IMG/VR virus record: IMGVR_UViG_3300020042_005156
Location: 1-27,544 of that record
Source of the DNA: a virus
Taxonomy: Duplodnaviria > Caudoviricetes
Reading direction: 5' to 3' (one strand)
DNA: 27,544 bases
Shown here: piece by piece, positions 15,410 to 23,392 of the stretch
Position numbering within the stretch: the first letter of the stretch is position 1
Layout: each line of letters starts with the position of its first letter
Notes under the pieces: generated by a model
Database searches by the model: none
The model's input: the letters and a program-made list of their open reading frames with translations, nothing else
Told to the model about the DNA's origin: nothing
Position numbers and translations under genes: made by a program

Positions 15410-15582
15410 GTTGAACTCCTGTTGGCTTTATCTGCCTGTTGAACATGGTGTCAGTGTATCACGGTTTGTATATCGCTTGACCAGCCCCTAAACCGGCAGA
15501 TTCGTAGGTGCTTACCCTTAAATCGCAAATAATTTGCAGCCTGGTCATCCCGCCCAATATAGGGGTGATATACACTTGTCGC
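15410..15582. promoter_or_regulatory. Divergent promoter/operator region
   Basis: AT-richer gap between divergent operons. Leftward extended -10 TGATACACT (15453-15461, minus strand); rightward TACACT (15571-15576) just before ATG 15583; inverted GATATACA and CTGGTCA motifs. Confidence 0.65.
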
Positions 15583-15780
15583 ATGACTACACCCAAACTC
15601 AAGCCCTTCTTGATGCGCTTGCACCCGGCTACCAGGCAACTGCTGGACACTGCCGCTGCCGACCAGCACCGCAGCGTGTCATCCCTGATTGACCAGTGCG
15701 TGCGCGACCAGCTCATGCCCAAGTACGGCGAGCTCCAGCCCCGGCTCCAGCGCTTCCTGTCGGGAGTGCGCCAGCCATGA
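15583..15780 (+). CDS. Arc/ribbon-helix-helix-like transcriptional regulator (65 aa)
   Basis: KPFLMRLHPATRQLLDTAAADQHRSVSSLI matches the RHH strand-helix-helix pattern; first gene of the rightward operon, no RBS, probably leaderless. Confidence 0.75.
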   Translation: MTTPKLKPFLMRLHPATRQLLDTAAADQHRSVSSLIDQCVRDQLMPKYGELQPRLQRFLSGVRQP

Positions 15781-15953
15781 CCTACCAAGACGCCAACAGA
15801 CTGCTCGACCAGGTCAAGGATGGCCGCCAATACCCGGAGCCGGTGGTGGCTGAGGCTTTGGCCATGACAGGCGATCAGGATCACCGCACCGAGCTGCCCT
15901 GCCCGGAGATCGATGACTTTGTGCAAGCTCTCAAGCAGTCGGGGGCGTTATGA
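15777..15953 (+). CDS. Hypothetical protein (58 aa)
   Basis: GGGAG RBS and ATGA overlaps at both ends. Confidence 0.65.
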   Translation: MTYQDANRLLDQVKDGRQYPEPVVAEALAMTGDQDHRTELPCPEIDDFVQALKQSGAL

Positions 15954-16414
15954 GTGAAACAATCCTGGCCCTTGACCTGGGCACCACTACCGGCTGGGCA
16001 TGCCGGCAGATGAATGGCCCTGTGGTGCATGGTTGGTCGAGCTTCAAGCCGGGCCGTTACGAGGGTGGCGGCATGCGCTACCTGCGCTTCAAGCAGTGGC
16101 TGACAGAGCTCAAGGGCACGCTGGGTGGCGAGATCCACACGGTCTACTTCGAGGAGGTGCGCAGGCATGCAAGCACAGACTCTGCGCATGTGTATGGCGG
16201 CTTGATGGCCACGCTGACAGCCTGGTGCGAGCACCACAAGATTCCTTACCAGGGAGTTCCGGTGGGCACAATCAAGAAGCACGCCACCGGCAAGGGCAAC
16301 GCAGGCAAGGAAGACATGATCAAGGCCATGCAGGCGCTTGGCCACCCAGTAACGAATGACAACGAGGCAGACGCACTGGCGCTGCTGCATTGGAGCTTGG
16401 AGCAACACGCATGA
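15950..16414 (+). CDS. RuvC-like Holliday junction resolvase
   Basis: ILALDLGTTTGW, YFEEV, IKKHATGKGNAGKEDM and NEADALA RNase H-fold motifs. Confidence 0.85.
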   Translation: MSETILALDLGTTTGWACRQMNGPVVHGWSSFKPGRYEGGGMRYLRFKQWLTELKGTLGGEIHTVYFEEVRRHASTDSAHVYGGLMATLTAWCEHHKIPYQGVPVGTIKKHATGKGNAGKEDMIKAMQALGHPVTNDNEADALALLHWSLEQHA

Positions 16415-16566
16415 AGAAGCAAGAGACCAACGAGTCAAGCCAGAGGGCGCACGCGCTGCGCCACTGCGACAAGTGCAAGACAGAGCGCCCGCCAGAGGGT
16501 GGCATTGAGATGCGGCCGGGCCGGTGGCTGTGCGCCAGCTGCTGGCTCAAGCGCTACAGGTACTGA
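16411..16566 (+). CDS. Small zinc-finger protein (51 aa)
   Basis: GGAG RBS, ATGA overlap; CDKC...CASC. Confidence 0.65.
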   Translation: MKKQETNESSQRAHALRHCDKCKTERPPEGGIEMRPGRWLCASCWLKRYRY

Positions 16567-16568
16567 TC

Positions 16569-17003
16569 ATGGGCACAGCGAACGGAAGGGGCTCGAGCTT
16601 CTACGGCCAGTTGATGACCGCAAGCCTGCCCAGCGAGGTCAAGAAGATCTGGTACAGCCGGGATGAAGAGCTGCCCGAGCTGCCGCGCCAGGGTTGGTCT
16701 TGGCAGCACGAAGACAACCTAGATCAGCTCGAGTGCCGGGAGTTGTTGGCCAAGATCCTGACAGACGCGCCATTGTCAGACCGGCAAGAGCTGGTGATCA
16801 GGCTTATGGTTGTTGAGGAGCTGACCCTTGTTGAGGTTGGCCAGCAGTTGTCTGTCAGCGGCCAGAGGGTGCGGCAGATCTACGCACAGGCCATGCGCAG
16901 GCTGCGCAAGCACCAGCAAGCCATCACAGGCATCCCGGTTTACGAGCTGGACTGCGAGGTGATGACTTGGAATCATTGGAGATGGAGCAGGCAATGCATG
17001 TGA
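16569..17003 (+). CDS. Sigma70 region-4-like HTH protein
   Basis: LSDRQELVIRL...ELTLVEVGQQLSVSGQRVRQIYAQAMRRLR closely follows sigma70 region 4; no region 2 visible. Confidence 0.8.
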   Translation: MGTANGRGSSFYGQLMTASLPSEVKKIWYSRDEELPELPRQGWSWQHEDNLDQLECRELLAKILTDAPLSDRQELVIRLMVVEELTLVEVGQQLSVSGQRVRQIYAQAMRRLRKHQQAITGIPVYELDCEVMTWNHWRWSRQCM

Positions 17004-17215
17004 GTTACATCAAGGTTTACCGGGACAGCAACGGCCTGGTGCATGACGAGCAGTCAGCCAATGGAGAGTTCCGCAACCTGCACCACCAGGTATCTCTGCT
17101 CAAGAACGCGCTGGAGATCGAGATGCAGGCGGTCGCCGACCTGCGTGAGCTGTTGGACTCGGCCAGGCGCATGGCGCTCGAGCTCAACGAGCAACTGACC
17201 AAGGGCAATGACTGA
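16994..17215 (+). CDS. Hypothetical coiled-coil protein (73 aa)
   Basis: GGAG RBS before ATG 16994; heptad pattern in the C-terminal half. Confidence 0.6.
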   Translation: MHVSYIKVYRDSNGLVHDEQSANGEFRNLHHQVSLLKNALEIEMQAVADLRELLDSARRMALELNEQLTKGND

Positions 17216-17216
17216 G

Positions 17217-17378
17217 ATGAAATGCCCCGTATGCAAGGCCTGGACAGAGGTCATGGAAACCCGCCAGCGTTTGGACAACTCGGTCTACCGCCGCATGGAG
17301 TGCGCCAACGGCCATCGGTTCGTCACCGAGGAGCGGGTCACCAGGGTGATCAAGGCCAAGGTGGCCAAGCCCCAATGA
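17217..17378 (+). CDS. NrdR-N/Ogr-like zinc-ribbon protein (53 aa)
   Basis: MKCPVCKAWTEVMETR...YRRMECANGHRFVTEE; translated by hand, absent from the ORF track; alternative start at 17208. Confidence 0.75.
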   Translation: MKCPVCKAWTEVMETRQRLDNSVYRRMECANGHRFVTEERVTRVIKAKVAKPQ

Positions 17379-17617
17379 AGATTGTCAAGAGGGAGTTCAA
17401 GGTATGGTATCCAAGGTTCAAAGGCCCAATCGAGCCGGACATGACTGTCCTGCTGATGGCCTGCGCACGCGAGCTGCTGACCACCTGGGAGGTGCTCAAG
17501 GACAAGGAGCTGATCACCCGGCACCTGGCCAGCATGGACAAGCGCTACGGGCCCGGCTCGGAGCAGAGGGTGCGCGACTACATGCACCAAGTGGCCAAGG
17601 ATGAGCGCTGTGCTTGA
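17375..17617 (+). CDS. Hypothetical protein (80 aa)
   Basis: ATGA overlap with the Zn-ribbon gene; codon style matches neighbours. Confidence 0.6.
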   Translation: MKIVKREFKVWYPRFKGPIEPDMTVLLMACARELLTTWEVLKDKELITRHLASMDKRYGPGSEQRVRDYMHQVAKDERCA

Positions 17618-18521
17618 CAACATCGTCCCGTTTGCCATCCCCAAGCAGCCTCGCATCAAGCAGCAGGAGCCGCTGCCTGACCAGCGCAAGGTGGTGATCA
17701 TCCCGTTCAAGGCGATCTTTGACAAGGAGCTGACCCATGGCGCGTTGACAGCGCTCGCAGCTTTGTGCGCGTACTGCAACCGGGCAGGCATCACCTGGGT
17801 GAGCCAAGCCAGGCTGTCAGCAGAGCTCGGGATCAGCCAGCAGGCTCTGTCCAAGCAGTTCAAGCAGCTGCGTGAAAGGGGCTACTTGATGACGATCAGG
17901 AAGGGTTACATGCGGGAGAGAACAGACACGCTGCGTGTGATTTACGACCCGGCTGTGGACACAGAGACAGCCATTGCGATCACCAGCAGGTTTGAGGACA
18001 CAAGGCCACCAGTAATGAAAATGGATCAACAGGAGGAGGAAGACAGGCAAGACCCAGAGGGCCAGAGAAGGCTCGCAGAGATGATCAAGAACGCATTCAT
18101 AGACCAACCGAAAAGGAGCGAACCGATGACAAAAGAGACAGACACAAGGGCAGTCAAAGAGGTCAAGGAGGCCATGCGAAAGGCACAGACAAGGAAGTCA
18201 AGAGCTGTTGATAAGGCTGTTGATAAGTCTATACATGCAGAACCTCTTATACAACCGGTGGGTTGTGAGCCTCACAACTCTGGGGTTGTGCTGAACCCGT
18301 CTTTAACTAATAAGAAGAGTATTAATATAAGTTCTTTATACAAGTTTAATACAGTTCTGAACAACCTTGAATTCAAACAACTTGTTGACGAGGGTATAAC
18401 GCACGAGCAGATCGCGCAAAGCCTTGAGACCTTGCTGCCGCTGTACCAGGCTGAGGGCATCGAGCCGGCCAGCACTGCCCTGATGGCAGGGATCAGGCAG
18501 CTACAGGCAGATGCCCGATGA
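17601..18521 (+). CDS. Replication initiator protein with N-terminal winged HTH (lambda O analogue)
   Basis: ALCAYCNRAGITWVSQARLSAELGISQQALSKQFKQLRERGYL wHTH; internal repeats and AT-rich tract typical of ori-containing initiator genes. Confidence 0.75.
   Translation: MSAVLDNIVPFAIPKQPRIKQQEPLPDQRKVVIIPFKAIFDKELTHGALTALAALCAYCNRAGITWVSQARLSAELGISQQALSKQFKQLRERGYLMTIRKGYMRERTDTLRVIYDPAVDTETAIAITSRFEDTRPPVMKMDQQEEEDRQDPEGQRRLAEMIKNAFIDQPKRSEPMTKETDTRAVKEVKEAMRKAQTRKSRAVDKAVDKSIHAEPLIQPVGCEPHNSGVVLNPSLTNKKSINISSLYKFNTVLNNLEFKQLVDEGITHEQIAQSLETLLPLYQAEGIEPASTALMAGIRQLQADAR
18204..18360. promoter_or_regulatory. Putative replication origin (DnaA-box-like tandem repeat, two palindromic iterons, AT-rich unwinding element)
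   Basis: GCTGTTGATAAG twice (18204-18227); ACAAC-N6-GTTGTG twice (18251-18267, 18274-18290); AT-rich tract at about 18302-18352. Confidence 0.65.
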
Positions 18522-18799
18522 CAACATGCCCCGCCAAGCCACAGGAACCAGCCTTGCAGCCACGATCTGGGTGCGGCTGGTACATGGGTAGCCGACCAGC
18601 AGCTCAAGCGCTTGTAGGCCTTGTAATCCATGGCGATCAACCACCAAACGAACGTATGGATTTTGTACAGGCCTGGCAGAATGGGGTGTCTAGCGCCCAG
18701 CAGCCAGCGGCCTACCTATACGCGCCAGCATGCGCTCAGGCGACACCCGTTCGACAGCGTGCGCGGTACGCGACCCTTGCCCCCCACCCCCTACGGTAG
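18518..18799 (+). CDS. Possible hypothetical protein (93 aa); may be non-coding
   Basis: ATGA overlap with the initiator, but atypical composition and a competing ORF at 18630-18872. Confidence 0.25.
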   Translation: MTTCPAKPQEPALQPRSGCGWYMGSRPAAQALVGLVIHGDQPPNERMDFVQAWQNGVSSAQQPAAYLYAPACAQATPVRQRARYATLAPHPLR

Positions 18800-18872
18800 C
18801 GTAGTGGGGGTCTCCCTGAAATTTTCCCCAGTTTTTCAACGTAACGGGCAACAAGCCCAAGGAGTACTTTAG

Positions 18873-19148
18873 ATGGCATACGAAATGAGACCCGGTCAAG
18901 GCAGCTTGTTCAAGAACGAGCAGAAGACAGGCGACAAGCACCCGAACTTGAAAGGCAAGATCATGCTGCCCAACGGCGAGGTGCGGTGGGTGAGCGCCTG
19001 GACGAAGACCACCACGGCGGGTGAGAAGTGGATCAGCCTGTCTGTTGGCGACCTGTGCCAGCAGCAGCAGCCGGGTGGTGGTGGGCAGGCGGCTTATGTG
19101 GCCCCGGCTGTTCGGGCGGTTGAGCTTGATGACGATATCCCGTTCTGA
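18873..19148 (+). CDS. Single-stranded DNA-binding-like protein (91 aa)
   Basis: AGGAG RBS; GSLFKNEQK..DKHPNLKGKI...VSAW beta-rich core, Gly/Gln linker and the SSB C-terminal tail DDDIPF. Confidence 0.75.
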   Translation: MAYEMRPGQGSLFKNEQKTGDKHPNLKGKIMLPNGEVRWVSAWTKTTTAGEKWISLSVGDLCQQQQPGGGGQAAYVAPAVRAVELDDDIPF

Positions 19149-19564
19149 TGGCCACCAAGGCTAAGTCGAGTGTGATCCCTCCCCTGGCTAACTGGGGAGG
19201 GGTTCGGTCTGTGCAGCGCAGGCTGGATCGGAGTACGACACTGGTGGCCAACAAGGAGGCTGTGGCGTTTGCGCTGCTTTCTATGGCCAACACCAAACTC
19301 ACTGACATCATGTCGTGGGATGAGCACGGCAATGTGAAGGTCAAGGCCAGCCACCTGATCCCGGAGCATGCGCTGCATGCGATCAAGTCAATCAAGGTGA
19401 GGACGGAGAAGGACGGGGCCAGCACTTTGGATATTGAGCTGTACGACAAGGTGGGGGTGCTCAGGCTGCTGGCCAAGGCCAGTGGGTTGCTGGACAGCCC
19501 TGATGACAACGACAAGCCATCTGTGATTGACATCAATGTGGTGGCGCCAAGGGAGCAGACATGA
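19148..19564 (+). CDS. terS: Terminase small subunit
   Basis: LTDIMSWD...AIKSIKV...IELYDKVGVLRLLAKASGLL resembles the TerS C-terminal oligomerisation region; upstream of TerL. Confidence 0.7.
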   Translation: MATKAKSSVIPPLANWGGVRSVQRRLDRSTTLVANKEAVAFALLSMANTKLTDIMSWDEHGNVKVKASHLIPEHALHAIKSIKVRTEKDGASTLDIELYDKVGVLRLLAKASGLLDSPDDNDKPSVIDINVVAPREQT

Positions 19565-19824
19565 GCACCAGGAGACATTGCGACACGGGGCGGGTGGACT
19601 GCCCGCACCTGCCCGAGTGTGTGTGGGAGTGCCACTATGACACCGCTGTGATGGAAAGGCGCAGGGTCAAGCCCTACCCGGCAGTGCCAGAAGACATCGA
19701 GCCTGTGCCGGAAAAGTGGCACACGGTTGGCACGGTGATGCTGACCGGCATCATGGCGGTGCTGGCTGTGATCTGCTTGGCGCTGTTCTTCACTGGCGTT
19801 TGGATTTGGAGCTTGCTGATATGA
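19561..19824 (+). CDS. Hypothetical membrane protein (87 aa) with Cys-rich N-terminus
   Basis: GGGAG RBS; CDTG..DCPHLPECVWEC, then a long hydrophobic C-terminus. Confidence 0.65.
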   Translation: MSTRRHCDTGRVDCPHLPECVWECHYDTAVMERRRVKPYPAVPEDIEPVPEKWHTVGTVMLTGIMAVLAVICLALFFTGVWIWSLLI

Positions 19825-20120
19825 CACAAGAAAACCCAATAAAACAAAGCATTGCGTGGCTTGTTGAATGCGGCTGGAGCAAAGAGCAGGCAACCAACTT
19901 GGCTGGTGCAATCAAGGCCGATACCCCCGAGCAATTGTGGGAGGTTGCGCCCTTGTGGCTAGAACACTGCGGGGACAGCATGAGGTATGTCAACAACATG
20001 CTGGGCAGTGTGGCGATGGGCTTGATTGAGGTCACTCAAGGTGAGGATGGCGAGTGGCTGTTCAAGCTAAATGACAAGGGCATGGGTGTTGGAAAACAAT
20101 TAAACGAGGAAAAATCATGA
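19821..20120 (+). CDS. Hypothetical protein (99 aa)
   Basis: GGAG RBS, ATGA overlaps. Confidence 0.65.
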   Translation: MTQENPIKQSIAWLVECGWSKEQATNLAGAIKADTPEQLWEVAPLWLEHCGDSMRYVNNMLGSVAMGLIEVTQGEDGEWLFKLNDKGMGVGKQLNEEKS

Positions 20121-20626
20121 CTGAGCACCAAGCAATGGCGGCAACGCCACACGCAGAACTACTTGCCCAGTTGATGAACCCAAACAACTTAAAGAACGAG
20201 CGTGAACACGCCGCTGTGCGGGAGATTGAACGACTGCGTGAAGCCTTGGCGCAGCCAGAGCAGAGGCCTGTGGCTTGGATGTACACAAGCAAATGGAAGG
20301 GTAACGAGCGATTCATTACACACTTTCAAACTGACTTGTCCACATATAAGGCAGATGAGGTGTGGCCCCTTTTCACATCACCACCCCAGCGCCAGTTGGA
20401 ATCAACGACAGACATGATGATGGAGTTGGCTGACCGCTTGGGCGAGTTGCCTGATGACATAGACCCCCGCGCTTGGGAGCATTTGTTGGTGTATGCATCA
20501 AAGCGCCAGCCGATGACGGATGAAGATTTGGATTTGATGTGTGAGAAAGCGTTATTTTGTCGGATCAGTTTTCAGCAGTTTGCTCGCAGCATTGAAGCCG
20601 CCCACGACATAGGAGATAAGACATGA
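20117..20626 (+). CDS. Hypothetical mosaic accessory protein (169 aa)
   Basis: GAGGA RBS; modules ALAQPEQRPVAWM, PLFTSPPQR, PMTDED and FARSIEAAH common in phage accessory regions. Confidence 0.7.
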   Translation: MTEHQAMAATPHAELLAQLMNPNNLKNEREHAAVREIERLREALAQPEQRPVAWMYTSKWKGNERFITHFQTDLSTYKADEVWPLFTSPPQRQLESTTDMMMELADRLGELPDDIDPRAWEHLLVYASKRQPMTDEDLDLMCEKALFCRISFQQFARSIEAAHDIGDKT

Positions 20627-20823
20627 CAACACGCATAGTGACAGACGCTAACGGACGCAAGCACATTACAAACGAGCCGTTACTTCATCCACCAAGCAAG
20701 AAATGGGTAGGGTTGACAGGGTGGGAGCGCGAGGCTATTGCGCTTGAGTGCGGGGCCATGTCTGCTGACTGGCTGGTGTTCGTGGAGGCTGTGGAACGGG
20801 CTTTGAAGGAGAAGAACACATGA
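20623..20823 (+). CDS. Hypothetical protein (66 aa)
   Basis: AGGAG RBS; WVGLT...ALKEKNT module. Confidence 0.7.
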   Translation: MTTRIVTDANGRKHITNEPLLHPPSKKWVGLTGWEREAIALECGAMSADWLVFVEAVERALKEKNT

Positions 20824-21071
20824 AAACAATCATTGAGATGGCGCGTGAGGCTGGAGCCGCTGTAGGAAACCCCGTGGTGGGTGGTCCAGAAATTATTTTT
20901 CCTCAGTGCTTGGATGTTCAACGCTTTGCCGAACTTGTCCGTGCTGATGAGCGCCGCCGCATCACCAACCTGATGCTGTACATGCACAACAAAGCCTCGC
21001 CATACCACAACTACTACAAGCACGCCGCTGTAGAAATCAACCGCAAAGCCGGAGAAGGAGAGAAGATATGA
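20820..21071 (+). CDS. Hypothetical protein (83 aa)
   Basis: AGGAG RBS; IIEMAREAG...RFAELVRADER module. Confidence 0.7.
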   Translation: MKTIIEMAREAGAAVGNPVVGGPEIIFPQCLDVQRFAELVRADERRRITNLMLYMHNKASPYHNYYKHAAVEINRKAGEGEKI

Positions 21072-21286
21072 ACAACATGACTGTTATCGCGCTGCCAGCC
21101 AGCGTCAACTACACAGCCGAGCAAGCGCTGAACTCAGCCCTAATGAAGGAGCTTACCGATGTGCTGGTGCTGGGCTACGACTCAGCGGGCGTGCTCATTG
21201 TCAGGTCGTCAAAGATGACCCGCGCCGAGGGCTTGTTCATGACCAAGAAAGCCGAGCAGTGGGTTATGGAAGGAGGCTTGGAATGA
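21068..21286 (+). CDS. Hypothetical protein (72 aa)
   Basis: AGGAG RBS, ATGA overlaps. Confidence 0.7.
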   Translation: MNNMTVIALPASVNYTAEQALNSALMKELTDVLVLGYDSAGVLIVRSSKMTRAEGLFMTKKAEQWVMEGGLE

Positions 21287-21420
21287 ACAAGAAACTGCAC
21301 CTGATAACTGAGTTCTGGCCCCGCAAGTGGCCGTGCTTTGCCGTGGGGTTCATAGCCAGTGGCAATGAGTTTGTGTTGCACCTTTGGCTAGTGTGTTTCC
21401 GTGTTCGGTGGGGGTATTGA
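21283..21420 (+). CDS. Hypothetical hydrophobic/aromatic protein (45 aa)
   Basis: AGGAGG RBS, ATGA overlap; translated by hand as MNKKLHLITEFWPRKWPCFAVGF...RWGY. Confidence 0.6.
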   Translation: MNKKLHLITEFWPRKWPCFAVGFIASGNEFVLHLWLVCFRVRWGY

Positions 21421-21421
21421 T

Positions 21422-21649
21422 ATGACTAAAGACGAAGCACTGAAGCTGGCGCTTGAGGCGCTGGAGTCAATCGAATGGCACGGGGCCGGGTCTTGCTGGG
21501 TGCTGGACGACGAGAAAGTGGAGAGCGCCGAAGCCGCCCTGCGCGAAGCTGTGGCACAGCCAGACGAGCGCAACTTCTGCCCCCGCTGCGGCAAGCGCAC
21601 TGCTGATCTGATTACGATTCATACTTGCACGCCACCGACTGGGGTATGA
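21422..21649 (+). CDS. Hypothetical protein (75 aa) with C-terminal Zn-ribbon
   Basis: MTKDEALKLALEALE...ERNFCPRCGKR....IHTCTPP. Confidence 0.7.
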   Translation: MTKDEALKLALEALESIEWHGAGSCWVLDDEKVESAEAALREAVAQPDERNFCPRCGKRTADLITIHTCTPPTGV

Positions 21650-21775
21650 CAATGAAGATTGCAGCCAGAGCGGAGGGTTTTTACGGATTACTTCTTGCGC
21701 TGGTAAGTTCGTCCAAAGTCGGCGGCAATGACTTGACTGCTGGAGAGACAGCACCAAACATCAATAAAGGCAAGA

Positions 21776-23329
21776 ATGTCTAGGACAAAAGAAACATCAG
21801 TGAAATCAGTCCCTGTCGGCGGGCTTAACCTGGACTTCAGCGAGTCCCCGGTGATCTACGACTTTATCCAGTCCAAGAACTTTGTCCAAGGCATCATGGG
21901 CCCAGTGGGCTCCGGCAAGAGCTATGGCTGCGCGGCCAAGATCTTCATCAAGGCCGTGCAACAAAAGCCCTCGGCCATTGACAACATCCGGTATTCGCGC
22001 TGGGCCATTGTGCGAAACAGCTACCCCATGTTGAAGACCACCACCATTAAGACTTGGTTGGATCTGTTTCCAGAGGCCACCTTCGGCCAGATGCTGTGGA
22101 CACCGCCCATTACCCACCACATCCGGCTGCCGGCCCGGGGTGATGCGGCCGGCATTGACTGCGAGGTCATCTTCCTGGCCCTTGACCAGCCCAAGGATGT
22201 GCGCAAACTGCTGTCCCTTGAGCTCACCGGTGCCTGGGTGAACGAGGCCCGGGAGCTGCCCAAGGCGGTGATCGACGGTCTGACCCACCGGGTTGGCCGA
22301 TACCCGACCAAGCGGGACGGCGGGGCCACATGGCACGGGATCTGGATGGATACCAACCCGATGGACGATGACCACTGGTGGCACCGCATGGCAGAAAAGG
22401 AGAAGATGACCGGCCAGTATGCGTGGAAGTTCTTCAAGCAGCCCGGCGGCGTGGTGCCCGTGGATGTTGAAGATTTGCCCGACATGCCGGAGGCCAACGA
22501 TCACATCTTTGCGTCCGGCAAGTGGTGGAAGGTCAACCCCAAAGCTGAGAACATCAACAACTTGCCGGCCGGCTACTACCAGCAGATGCTGCTCGGCAAG
22601 AACCTGGACTGGATTCGCTGCTACGCCGGGGGCGAGTACACCTATGTGCAGGAAGGCAGGCCTGTCTGGCCCGAGTATGAGGACTCGACCATGTCCGGCG
22701 ACACTGAAATTGACCCCAATGTGCCCATCCAGGTGGGGCTTGACTTCGGTTTGACCCCGGCGGCCACCATTGGACAGCGGTTGCCCAATGGCCGGTGGCT
22801 GATTCACCAGGAAATCGTCACCTTTGACATGGGCCTGGAGCGCTTTGGCACCCAATTGCTGGCCGAGCTCAATCAGCGCTACCCGAACCACCAGGTTATG
22901 GTCTGGGGCGACCCTGCCGGCATGGCCCGAGACACCATATATGAGGTCACCGCCTTTGATTACCTCAAAACACTGGGGCTACGGGCCCAGCCCACGGCCA
23001 GCAATGACTTCAAGGTGCGCCGCGAGGCCTCGGCAGCGCCCATGCAGCGACTGATCACCGGCAAGCCTGGGCTCATCATCAACCGCGACTGCAAACTGCT
23101 GCGCAAAGCGCTGGCCGGTGGCTATCACTTCAAGCGGATCGCTGTCGGGGCTGGCCAAGAGCGCTTTCGGGACGCACCAAACAAGAACGAGCACTCGCAC
23201 ATTGGCGACTCATTCGGCTATTTGATGCTGGGCGGCGGCGAGTACAACCGGATGACCCGCACCCACCAGCTCGGCGGCAGACCCATGGGCCAAGCCAGCG
23301 CTGGGACTGACTTTGATGTGTTTGCCTGA
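21776..23329 (+). CDS. terL: Terminase large subunit
   Basis: Walker A GPVGSGKS, Walker B WVNEARE, DTNP coupling motif, nuclease motifs GLDFG and HIGDSFGY. Confidence 0.95.
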   Translation: MSRTKETSVKSVPVGGLNLDFSESPVIYDFIQSKNFVQGIMGPVGSGKSYGCAAKIFIKAVQQKPSAIDNIRYSRWAIVRNSYPMLKTTTIKTWLDLFPEATFGQMLWTPPITHHIRLPARGDAAGIDCEVIFLALDQPKDVRKLLSLELTGAWVNEARELPKAVIDGLTHRVGRYPTKRDGGATWHGIWMDTNPMDDDHWWHRMAEKEKMTGQYAWKFFKQPGGVVPVDVEDLPDMPEANDHIFASGKWWKVNPKAENINNLPAGYYQQMLLGKNLDWIRCYAGGEYTYVQEGRPVWPEYEDSTMSGDTEIDPNVPIQVGLDFGLTPAATIGQRLPNGRWLIHQEIVTFDMGLERFGTQLLAELNQRYPNHQVMVWGDPAGMARDTIYEVTAFDYLKTLGLRAQPTASNDFKVRREASAAPMQRLITGKPGLIINRDCKLLRKALAGGYHFKRIAVGAGQERFRDAPNKNEHSHIGDSFGYLMLGGGEYNRMTRTHQLGGRPMGQASAGTDFDVFA

Positions 23330-23355
23330 GTAAATATCGGGTAGATATACAGCTC

Positions 23356-23383
23356 TTGCGGGTTGTACAAATCCCAATAGAAT
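23356..23383 (+). promoter_or_regulatory. Putative sigma70-type promoter for the head gene operon
   Basis: TTGCGG (23356-23361), 16 bp, TAGAAT (23378-23383), 10 bp before ATG 23393; GATATACA motif at 23344-23351. Confidence 0.45.
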
Positions 23384-23392
23384 CGTTTGCAT

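Noticed and set aside
21646-21783. Possible 45-aa ORF (MTMKIAARAEG...) bridging to terL
   Set aside because: It has an ATGA overlap but a weak RBS and no motifs, so it cannot be distinguished from non-coding spacer.
21806-22891. 361-aa minus-strand ORF opposite terL, and similar ORFs opposite the portal
   Set aside because: Antisense shadows caused by codon bias; no independent support.
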